This document shows positions 11,301-23,300 of a stretch of DNA of 64,000 nt, piece after piece; the first letter of the stretch is position 1, and each line of letters starts with the position of its first letter. The notes beneath the pieces are model-generated. The model saw nothing but the letters and a program-made list of their open reading frames with translations. It made no database searches and was not told where the DNA came from. The position numbers and the translations under genes are program-made. This stretch comes from Klebsormidium nitens (taxonomy: Eukaryota; Plantae; Klebsormidiophyceae): contig DF236976.1 in NCBI GenBank assembly GCA_000708835.1, forward strand, positions 186,001-250,000, read 5' to 3'.

Positions 11301-14300
11301 GCACCCCCGCGCGGCCGCGTCAGCCGCGGCGCCCAGGAGCGCGTTCTGCCTCTGCGCGAGCGCGTGTATCATCGCGCACAGGAACACGCCGGGCTCGCGC
11401 GTTTCGACGCAGCTGAAGGCCAGGGGCTGGGAGGGGTCCATGGGCGGAGGCGGGGGCAGATCTTTACACTGCCAGCGCAGCGGTTCGGACCGGAGGGCGT
11501 CCCAGGCAGCGGTGAAGCGCTGAAATTGGGACCGGAGGAGAGGCCTGAGGAAGACAGAAAAGGTTAGTCAGCAATGAAAGGGGAGCGAAATTGACGGCAG
11601 AGCCGACAAGAATCTTGAACCTCGGCAAACGAGGCATCATCCAAGGCGCTCGACTACTGATAGCGCTGGTTCAACAATTATTTGCCGCGGTTGTTGCAAA
11701 GAACGATGCATGAGAGGACTTATTAAGAACGTGATGATATCGGGACTTGGTGGATGTGGGCTCAAGATGCTTGGAGGAAGGTGAGTAGCGAGAAAGAATA
11801 TGCACCCCACATGGGATGGAAGCATTGTAATAGAATCAGCATAACCGATTCAGCATATTACCAGGTTGACAGGAGACGAGTCGACTAGCACCTTAAAAAA
11901 CATTCCTCCTGCATCGGCATTGATCGAAAGTTCGTAACGGGAACAGCCTTCATGGAGGCGACTTTTCAGACTGCTTTCAGGGCGTTCGGGTCAGAAACTA
12001 GGGGTTGCTTCCGTGCGCAAAAACCCTGGCAAATCTCTGGCAAGAAGACTTTCAAGAAACCATTCAAATAGACTGAGACCGTGTGGTACGCCTCACCTTT
12101 GTCCGAGACGCTCCAAGGCCTGCTCCACGGACGTCCGCTCCGCCTCCCGGCGGTCCACCTGGTTCCCAAACCGGGTTAACACCTGGTTACTCCACTCGAC
12201 CAGCGGAAACAGCTCCTTAACCAGCTCCAACTGGTCTTCCTGCTCCAGGAACGCCCGCAGAAAGGGGTACCGGTCGTTGTTCTTCGCGTCCAAGAGGAAC
12301 GTGGCTTGGAAGTGAGAGAATGATGGGCGGCCACGTGTCCGCAGCAGCCGCGGCCGCCACTCCGCGCGGTACTCATTCGTCATCGCGAATTCCGTCTCCT
12401 CAATCTCCATCTTGAGAGCCCTGGAGCGGATTCCGGCGGAGCTCTCTTCCGTTCCCTTGTCACGAGTCAGTGCCGCCAAGACGGACTGCGGACGCGTGTC
12501 TTGCGTCACAGGACGTACGAACTCGTCCGCAAACGCCGTCTCCCAAACCTCGACGCTCCCAGGCACGGTGAGCTGGCCGGGAAGTTCGGAGAGTCCGCTG
12601 TCCGCCGTTCCGCTGATAGCCTCCCCCAGGGAGCTGAGGACGGAATGCACGACCGCCGACGCCTGCTGCACGTCACACGCCAGCTGCTGCCGCAGGAGGC
12701 GCCAGTCGTTGCACACGTGGCGCTGCACCAGATCACGTGCCTTGCCGTCATCCTCCGCTGAGCGGTTTCCGAGAACTAGACCGGAGAGCTCCCCCGGGGA
12801 ATGAAAACCGAGCTCAGAGCCGACTAGAAGGGCGGAGTGGGTGAGGAAGTGGAGCATGCGGAAAGCGACCGGGGAAAGGTTCCGGACGGTGTGCGAGAGA
12901 GAAGACACGCTCTCGGGCGTCTCTTGCAGATAACCTGCACAGAAAGGCACGTCGATAAGGCGTGCGTCGGGAAAAGGATGCTTGTTTAGCGCCAAAGTCA
13001 AAACCCTGAAAGCATTGGGCTGGACAACAAACGTACGAGAAGATAGTGATGCAAATCGTCAAAAAGTGAGGAAAGTAAACAAGCTGAGTTGGGAGAGAAA
13101 GTAGTGAGCTACTTGTGAATCTATGAACTTACGAACTTGCTTGATTTCCTTGCTTGCTTGCTTACTGACACTTCTTGCTTCTGCCCCAAAAGCTATGTAC
13201 GCATACACCTGTCTTTCCAAGACAATTCCGATTGCCGCCATGGGTTTCACATGAAGGAAAGGTTTCTCTGATAGCATCCGGAAGCCGCCAGATTACGCTG
13301 AATATGAAAGTGATTGAACGAAGCAACGAAAGTACTCTGCGCAGTTGAAGAATGCGCTCGCAGGAGCTTGGGAACGCTTGCGTGACCCAGTAACTAAATG
13401 GTCGCAATCCCTCACTGCTCAGAATAGGCACACCACGTCTGCACTTTAAAAGAGCTGACGAGTATCATCCAATCACTAAGAGCCCTCATAAGCTGGAAAG
13501 AAACAGACCCTACCAAGGAACGACATAAGAAAGTTGGGTCTTACCCGGGCGCTCCGTTCTTTCGCCCCCCGCAGCCATCGTCGGCTGTCCGTCCAGCCTC
13601 TGCAGCCCCCCGCCCGGGTTGAACGCTTCATGGTACCCTCTACCAATCTGGTTACGGCAGTCGGGGCACTGGGCTATGTCATTGATGGCCCCGCAGTTCC
13701 CCACAAAGAACAGCGCCCCGCACGCGCACCGGTAGCTCGTCAGCGCCTCGCGCCGTCGCAAGAGGTTCCCGGCGACCGCCTCCATGTCGGCCGCGCCCGC
13801 AACGAAGAAGTGCGCCGCGGCCGCGGCTGGGCGTTTCGCGTACTGGTCGAAGGGGGTTTGGACGCGCGGGTTCGGCGCCAGGACCAGCGCGAGGTGCGCG
13901 CACGCGGCCGCGAGGTGCTGTCCGGAGGCGTCGCCGTCGGGACGCATGAACAGGACGCTGTCTCTGCCGGTGGAGAAGGCGTTGTCCGCGAGGGCGACCA
14001 GCCCGCGCGCGACGCTGCCCGGCAGGTCGCCCCTTCGGACCGCGGACTTGAGAGCGGCGGCCGCGCGCTCACGCGGCCGCCCGAGGTCGCCTGCGGCTCT
14101 TTGGACGTAGAGAGAAGACGCGACGCCGTAGAGAAGTCCAAGCTGGATGGAGGGGTCTGCGGCGCTCTCTTTCACCAGCGCGTTGACGTCCTCTGCGTTG
14201 TTGCGCGCTGCGGCGAGCTCGAGACTGGCGCTCACTCTATCGAACACCGCGGAAACGTCTTCGCTGCGCGGCTGAAACGGGTCGAAACCGAGGGCCTTCT

Positions 14301-17300
14301 CCGCGCCAGCTGCGCTCCTCCAGGAGAGCGAACGCAGGGTTTCTTGAAAAGAGTCGCTCGGTACTTTGTCCCCCAGCCGTTCGATGATCTCGCCGACGGA
14401 CTGGAGCGAAAAGCGCTGCCGGAGCGTCTTCAGGATAAACACCAGGAGGGCGTCGGTGCCGGGCGCGCCCGCGGGAAGCTCCCGCCCCAGCGCAGTCACA
14501 ACCCGCTCCTCTAGTTGCTCGACATCGACGGTCCAGGCGTCCCGATCTCTGGTGTGAGCGGCCGCCGCCGCGAACGCGCCCAAAAGCGCGCGCAGAAAGG
14601 CGGCCGCGCACAGGTGGCGCAGGATGCCGTGAGCATCGGCTCCGGCGCGGAACAGCCTTCCCGCTGACGTCAGCAAGGGGATGAGCCTTCCAACCTTCCA
14701 CCCGTCGGCTTCTGAAGTTGCCACGTCACCCCCAACCTCCTTTGCCACGAGCACGGCTTCGGGACCCAGCGAGCCGAACAGCGCTCCTTGCATGACGTCA
14801 CAGACGAGCGCTTCGAGAGGGCCGTCCACGTCATCTGTCCACGTCCTCTGCTCTCTGAGTGCGTCTTCCAAAACTTTCAGGCAGAGCGGAACAGCGGATC
14901 CCCCGTCGTCTAGCAGAAGCGTCCCGGGCAGGTCCACCTTTTCCCCGGCCACCGTCAGCAGGCGCTCCAGCACGGGCTTCAGGAACCGGTTGAAACGACC
15001 GGCCTTACAGATGAACCGCGCAACGAGTGGACTCGTTCGTTTGTCCGAGAGGCTCGCGCCGAGCACTAGCGCCCAGAAACGATCCACGGAGTCTTCGAAG
15101 CGCGTCCCGGCCGTGACACTTTCCCGCAGACGGGTGAGCACGTGCTGAATCTGGTCCAGGCCCTCCGCTTGCGTCAGCAGGTCCGCGCCCCTCGTGCGCG
15201 CGATTTGGAGCAGCTCGCGCAGTGCCGCGCGCGTCTCTTCGCCTTCGAACGGAAGCGCGACGACCGAGATGAAGTCGCGCATCAGCGTCAGGAGCGCGCG
15301 CCACCCCTCGAGCGCGCGGCCGCGCGCCGCGCCCATGGCCGCGATCCGCCGCAAGACCCTGCTGGCGGCCGCCAGCCAAGCCTCCAAACCCCCAAGCCGC
15401 GCGAGCACGCGCTCGTCCGGCAGAAGCGCCTCGCTGAACGCCCCCAGCAAGAACGCGTCGAGTGATTCCAGCGGCTGTTCCCGGCGACGGGTTCCGTCCC
15501 ACTTTCCGAGAAGCTCTTGGAAGCTGAGCGCCCGGTTGCACGCCCCGAGCAGATTCAATCGCTCGGCGATGGCGGTCTCGAGCTCCCAGCAGGCGGCGTG
15601 CAGGGCTACCGGGTGCCCGGGGATCTCTGCCGACTGCTCCAGCAGCCAGAGGAAGGCCTGGCGAGCCTGCTCGGGGGAAAGGCCATCGACCGGGGGAGCT
15701 TGCAGGCACACGAAGTCAAGCACGTACTGGGGGAAGTAATCTTCGACCACCCGGGCCAGCGTCCCGGGCACCGAATTGGCGACCGCGACCAGGAGTTTGC
15801 CCGGATCGGTCGCCCTCGGACCAGAAACCGGACCGTCCGCATCCTGCGTCCGCTCCGACTCGTACAGCGTCCGCAGCTCCTCGACGGCCTTGCAGTAGAG
15901 CCCGCTGAAGGGCAGCGCCAACGGCAGGCGCGGCGGGAGCGCGTAGCACTCGAGGCCGCGCGGCTCGGGCAGGGTTTCGAGGTTTAGCGCGCGCTCGTCC
16001 AGGATCAGATCCAGCCACGCGGCCTTCACCTCCGGCGGCGCGTGGAAGTAGCCGGCGAGGGCCCCGTTCCGCTCGAGGGCGCACAGAAGCATGGCCAAGG
16101 GGCGGTGCACGCTGTCCTCCACCCGCTTCAACAGGGCCTCCCGCAGCGACGGCGACGTCAGCAGCGCGCGCTGGCTGCACGCCACGTGGCGCTGCCAGCC
16201 AATGGCGTCGCCGTTCGCGCGCAGCCAGTCGACCGCGCGCGCGCCGAGCGCGCGCAGGAGGTCCGCGTCGCCGGACACGGACGCCACCATGGTGCGGACG
16301 TGCGCTGCGGACGCGTTGGTGTTGTCGTACTTGATGCACAAGAAGGCCTCGTACAGCTTGCGGCGCGCGACGGAGGCGAAGGGGCAGCCCGGGGATTGGA
16401 GCAAGTCGACCAGGCTGCCTCGGCACAGGGCCCTGCACAAAGGATTGAGGAACGAATATGTCCACAATGCCTAAAATCTGTATTGCGCAAAGGACTCTGA
16501 TTGAGTGGATGCCGGATGATGCCGTGGGTCTTCACATTCTGGGATGTGATTTGGCAAGCCCCACCGCCTGATTCAGGGGTTCAAAACAAGCGAAAAGTCC
16601 AGCTTTTGTAATGTCGTAATCAACGCTTTTCTTAGAAGGATTTAGCGTGGAGTTGATCCAGTCTTGATCGTGCAGGAGAGTACTGGACGAGCATACTTTG
16701 ACCGGCGCTGACCTGGAACTGCATCAATTGAGCGTCATACAGCAGCTTTGGTGGACCGATCACACGGACACAAGAAGTGACTTTTTATGACAGAACTCAT
16801 TCAGAATTACCACTATCCTCCCAAACATTCCCTCACTAAAGATGATGTCCTCAAGTTGTCAGCAAGCCTTTGCAATCTCACCTGACAGAATTCTCCGACG
16901 GCTCCAAACAGTCCACGGCCGCCTGCCGCCAGCCGCACAGGAAGCTAAACCCCCGGAACCCTTGCGCGCCCGTCTTGGCGGCCCTCTCCATGTGGATCAC
17001 CAGCACCACGTGCTTCTGCGCGGCCGCGGCGGGCGCGGTCGCGGAGCGCGCGGCCGCGTGCTCGTCGACGAGGAACTTTGCCAGCTGGATGTGCGCGCGG
17101 TCGGCACGTGCCTCGCCCTGGAGGACGAGCAGCGCCGCGTCGGACGTCCAGAAGTGGTCCACGCGTGCGGCCAGGTGGCGCTCCGCGGTGAACGCGCTCA
17201 GCTGCTCGACCTGCGGGTGGGGTTTGAGGATTTAAAGATCTGAGGTTCTGAGGGTGGTGTTGTTTGACGGGTTTGATTGGTTGAGGATCTGAGATTCATA

Positions 17301-20300
17301 AGGCGAGTCTGGAAAACGGATTGTACAAATCCCGAAGATGGAAACAGGTGGGGATTCGATGTTTCGATCCCTCCGTATTTTCAACGTTCAGATTTCCGCG
17401 CGTTTCAGTAGATACAAGTTAGGATTTCGCCAAGACTTTCCTATAAGGGATTGTCTCTAAGAGAGCAAACCTGAAAAATTAGAAACCTCAGAAAAAGCTT
17501 TTTGCATCCTTCGGGACTGTGAGCTGATGCGACCTGCTCACCTGTACGTCAAAGCGGCTCTCTAGGATTGCGCGCACGTCTGTGTGAACGCTCGAGTATG
17601 TCATCACGATGGCCCGCAAGCCGGACTGCCCTTCCGGCGGAACGTCCTGCACGGAAGAGAGAACGGAAGGTGTCATTGATCAGCATACAAGGCCCTCAGA
17701 AACAGGCTTCGCTTCCACAGATTCTCAAAAAAAGGAGGTAGCGTGCGATAAGGTATAGGCGGGTTTGATGACCACTCAAGAGTCCCCTGCTTTTCAGAGC
17801 AGCCGCCAGATGCAACCTTGCCAACAGAGCTTTTTTGGCCTTTTAAGCGGAGCCTACAGAAGGGGCCGGTCAAAGCTCTTTTCTCCGCGTAACATCATCA
17901 GAACACCGTTTTCACTGCGTTGCATAGGCAGAAAAGCTTCGGCAAAGTAGAGATAAATTAGCAAACAGAAGCTGACACGAAATCTGACAGCCTCTTCTCA
18001 TTCTCTTCTGATTTTACCCAAAGGCAAAAGGCCTCACCGCCAGCTCCGCGGTTAGATACGCCGGCAGATCGCCGTGGCTCTGCTCGTCGAAGTAGGTAGA
18101 GAACCAGCGCTGCGCCTCAGCGGGGTCCATCTTGGAGAGCGCCGAGTCCAGGCTGCGCAGCATGCCGTCCGCTGTGGCGATGCGGACCAGGTCGCGCTTG
18201 CACCTTGACAGAAGCAATTATGACTTTCGGTGTTGAAGAATGACGTGTAAGATTAGTTGAGCCGTTGATAAAGGTTTCTGAGACGGATGGGCCTTCCTTT
18301 GACCAGGATTTACATTTGTGGGCTGGATATGCTATAGCACGACGAACAGTTTCGCTTACAGGTCAGGCCGACTCAAGCGGGAGACATCTTCGGGATTTTG
18401 GGACAAACTGAGAGATTGAATGGGCAGCTTGAGAGGTCGAGGATTGTAGAAGTCAAGTGTCCGAAACTGACCGCTTTTGCCACCAACTTGATTAACACGG
18501 CGGGCATGCGTTCTGTCAGCTCGCTACTGCTGCACGCATCGCTGCACGTCCACAAGGCAACTGGGCAGAAGCAAGGGGGCGAGAGGGTAGCAAAGGGGAT
18601 GGCCCAACGACCATACTCCCTTGGAAACATTCAATTCATCTCCGAGGGCACCTTTCCGCTTTTGTTGGAGTCCGTTTGGGACACAGAAGACCCCATTCTC
18701 TTGGCAATACAAATTCGCGAGGAGTCGCCTTTGCTCACCTTTCCAAGACGGTCTCGACACCTTCCGTCCCTCTCTCCGCACTATGGTGCAGCACCAGGGA
18801 TGGTAAGGTATCCCCGTGCAGCCCGCAGAAGACGTCATTCTCATCGAACGGCGCGAGCTCCCCCCCGGGCGCGTACGCGGTGGCCATTCCCACCGCCCAG
18901 TTGTGCAGCTCCGCCACAGCCGCGGTGAGCGCCGGTGTTAATACCCTCTGGTACGTGAGGTGGTGCTTTTCGAAGCGGTTCAGGAACGGCGGGTCGCACT
19001 GCGCGAGCGCGCGCTCGTCGACGAGGACGATGCACCGGAAGCGCGGGGACACGTGGCACATGGGCGAGCTGAAGGCGCCGAGCGCGACGCGGCAGTTGCG
19101 CTTGGTGCCGACGATGGAGTAATTCTGGTTCAGCATGTCGTATAGGCTGCCGTACACCGGCTCCATGCCCTTGAGGATCAGCGTGCTGTGGGAGGAAATA
19201 GGATTGGATCAGAGCGCTGTGGAAGGAAGTGGAGGCTGAGGACCGTATTGCCGGTCGAGTCGCAATACCCCAGAAAGTCTCCATGGATCGACGTCTTCTG
19301 TAGACATACATGAAGGGCGCAGCCTACGAAAGACCCATTCGGCATCAAATTCAACATAGTCCACGCAGAAGAGGAAGGCAATGATGCATTTCCAGCTTGA
19401 AGCAAGGGGCCAAGATTCTCAGGCAACTGAGAAGTGTGAGACAATGACTTTCTTCAAACCCCTCAGACGTTGTAAAGCGTTCCAACCTCGCAGAGAGCCT
19501 GGAAAGCAAAACAATTGCCTATCAAACCATAGCCGACGTTTATAACTCTGAGCCTACAGACCTGGACTTAGTCCCACCCGAACAGCCCGGTTGGCATCCC
19601 CGGGCACCCACCTGCCAATCTCCATGCAAGAGATGATCTTGCTGAGCACCCGGTAGCTGTACTCCTCGCTCTGGTCCTCAGCATACGCGCTCCCAAACAG
19701 CTTCACCGCGCCGGCCACCCCAACAAACTGCTCCAAAATCCCGAGACCCGCGTCGCCGTTCGTGATGATCATCAGATGCCGCGCTTGCTCGTCCCTCAGG
19801 TTCTCGCCCACCAGCTCCAGAACGCCCGGGGGATCCCCCACCGGGCCCCCGAGGCCCTGTTCCCGCAGGAAGATCTGCTCCACCGACTCCTCCCCCGGGT
19901 CCAGGTTCCCGCCGAAGTTGCGCCCCAGCGCGGCGACGATGTCGGCCGGGGTCAACGGGCCCTGTACGCGGCCGCGCAGGCACTTTATGAGCGAGTAAAA
20001 GTCGCGCAGGCCGTGGAAATGGGGCCTCGGCTGGCGGGCCTCGTACCCATGGTACGCGCGCGCGAGCGCGCGCAGCTGCGCGTCGAACGGCGCGCTGAGG
20101 GCCTCCCCGGAAGTCTCCAAATAGGCCTCCAGGATTGACCGGGCGGTTTCGTAGAGGTCGGTGACTGTGGGCTCGGGGCGCGAGAGGTGGATCGCCCGGT
20201 TCATCTTGGCCGGGTCGAGCTCCCAGTTGCTGATGCCAACTACGGCCACGTCGAGGAGGGCACCGGGGGCTGCCCCCGGGGGGTCCAATATGCTGTGCAA

Positions 20301-23300
20301 GACCTGAGGGGAAGGGTGCACAGGGTTGAAGGCTTTGAAAGAAAGGCGTTCTGAAAAGCGGCGGGCTCGAGACTTTAAGTCTTCGGCTGAATATGTCGTT
20401 GATTAGTTGGTGCTCTATGGAGTGTCCCTTGGTTCCGTAGGAATGACACGGCAAAAGGGCGGTTCAATGAGGTTCTAGGAGATGTATGAGTGGGACTTGA
20501 TATTTGTTTAAAAAAAATTCGAGTGGTCTTTGTTCTTCCACAAAATGCAAAGCTGGGACCAAGAAAGAGAGGATACTTTGGAAAGTCACGAATCCTCACC
20601 ACCTCAGAGTCTGAAGAACCTCAAAAATAAATGCTCAATAGTTCACATAAGTTTCAAGGATGCATGGTCACATGCTGGCAGTCTCACGGGAAGGCTAAAA
20701 GAACGCAGTAGGTTAACGTAACGGGCGGCGTTCCTTGCTTCACTGCTTTCTTTCTTTAAGCTGTCAAATGGGAGGCCCTCGCTACTAACGGCACGAGTTC
20801 ATCGCAAAAAGAGGCGATCCCTTATGTGGCTGCAACTCGAGATTGGATTCGGTAAAGGAATCCCATACCTTGAGCGGGTTGTGGCGCGATACCTCCGCGA
20901 GGCCCACTTCGTCTAGCAGCACCACCGGCAGCACGTCCTCGCTCTTGTTGCGCGCCTTGTATGCGCGCGCCTTCTCGAACACCTGCAGAAGCCGGAATTT
21001 TCCGCACGCACTCGTCTTCTCAATTCGAAGCGCATCTCCATTTCATAGCAACAAGTTTTTCCTGTATGGAGGGGCTTCTTGAGGCTAGCGTGGCCTGATT
21101 AGCAATGGAACAACGTTGCAGTTTTTGTTTGTCAGGCGCGGAAAAGTCGTTGATGATGAAATCAATCCGACTTCGGTTGAGTGTCCACTTGTTGCCTTCA
21201 GTTCAGACTTGCTCAAACACTTGCTCACTCGAGAATCTCGATGCAATGAATGTCATTAAAAGCAATGGACCAGATAGGCCTTTTCAACCTGCAGATTCAG
21301 GTCACGGAGACGGCCTTGAAGAGTCCTCTCCCGCTTCAACATCGAACGTTCTCTGTCTGGATTGAGCAAAACTTTAAGCAAAGTCCAAGAGGCGACTTTG
21401 GTAGTCTGATTTCCGGCGAAGTCCTGCTATTAACGTCACATATCATTAGGCGACTTACCTTTCTGATCCCCTCAGAGGTCGAGGACTCTGAGCCTTGGTA
21501 CGACATGACGTAGACCTGAGGGAGCTTCTGGAAGAAGGGGTCGCTGGAGTCCGGGCCTCGCAAATTGCTGCAGTGAAAGATGCAACCATCTTAAAGGCTG
21601 GTAAGGAGTTCGCAACAACGTAGCACCTTTATGTCTTTGTTAGCGACGATGTTCAGCGGACCGACCCGCTCTATATCTTCTACCAATCCAGTGACCTCAT
21701 GATCACGATACAATGTATCCCAAACGACAAAAAGAGTTGACATTCAAAGAACCATTCTTAATCTTAGGCTGCATTTTAACTATTGACCCGCTGTGGGCTG
21801 CTGAAGTCAAACATGATCATGACAGCCCAACTGCCACCAAGAGCAGGTTCCGACCACAAATTATACCCAAGAATGCACAAACAGGTCTTCGTGCCAGCGA
21901 GGGGGATTTCACGAGAAACAGGTGACAACGAAAAATCAGACTGCTTGAGTGGATCAAAGCTTTCTGCAACCTGCCGACCCTTTCTTCATACACAAGTCAA
22001 AGTAACTCATTATCTGCGTCCGCCCCAAAGCGCATAAGTTTGGATCCATTCAATTGTTTGTAGTGCCCACTTCGAAGATGGAACGCCCAAGAAGCAGAGA
22101 CGACACTGAGGAATCCAGTACCCGGCTTGATACAATTCCAGAAGATCGTGCTTCTCTCCACAGATTCAACCGCCCAGTTCGCCCACCTGTTGATGAGCTG
22201 CATGCAGAGCGACTTGCTGCACCCCGGCTTCCCAATCATGAACACCGGGATGCGCGTCAGCACGCACACCAGCGTCACGAACACGTTCTCGCGCAGCGCC
22301 GCGTTTTTCGCCGTCCCGGGGGGCAGCGCCATCCTATCCAAGTAGTCCATCTGCTCCCCCCGTAAAATGTCCTCGAACTCCCCCTCTCCCAGAGTGACTC
22401 CGTGCCGGGCGAATGTCCCCCTCACGAGCTCCCGGAAGCGCCGCCGCTGCTCGTCTGATGGGAGGCGGCAGTAGTAGCAGTGCGCGAGCGCCAAAACCAC
22501 GGACCGGAGCTCGATCTGGGCGCCCGGTTCGTTGCCCCGGTCGGCATTCAGCACTTTCCGGACGACGGACCCGACTGCCCCGAGCACGGACTCCGCTTTC
22601 CGGACGCGCCGCCGCTTCTTCTCGCTAGGTGGGCGGTCCGTCAGGCTTTGCGAGAACCACCGCTGAAGCGTCAGCCAGCGGCTGACGTCACGGAGGCTGA
22701 CGCAGCTGTCCTTTTCCTCCGTCCGGACGTACGCCTGGGACGTCGCCAGCAGGTCCACCAAGAGTTCGGACCGTCCGAGCGGGACGGACCGTTCGAACCG
22801 TCCGGAGACCATCTTCGAAATGTACAGCCGCTCATCCGCCGGGTTAAGCGAACCGTAGTCCCACGTCCAGTCCAGCATCGCCTCAGGCAGCTCGTTAACC
22901 CGGTACACTAACCGCGACTGGTCGTCCTTAACCCGCTGGTTAGCCAACCCCGCCGGCGCTTGGCTGGGCTCACCCCTCAACCGGTACGGGTTACAGGTCG
23001 CCAACAGGGTTAGGTTAACCGGGAGGGATATGCCGTCCAGGGAGCGGTGACAGACCAAATCGTTCAGGAGCCCCAGGTGCTGACACGTGTTCACTTCGTC
23101 GAGCAGGCCCCAAACCTCGCCGCCAGCGGCCGCGGCCTCGCAGCAGTCGCCCACGAACTCGAGGATGTCCTCTTCCGTCGTTCCGGCGTGGATGTTCAGG
23201 CAGCGGAACGGAACTTCCACGACCCGGGCGAGGTACGAGATCAGGCTCGTTTTCCCGCACCCCGTCTCGCCCATGATGACCACCGGCACGCGCGCGCGGA

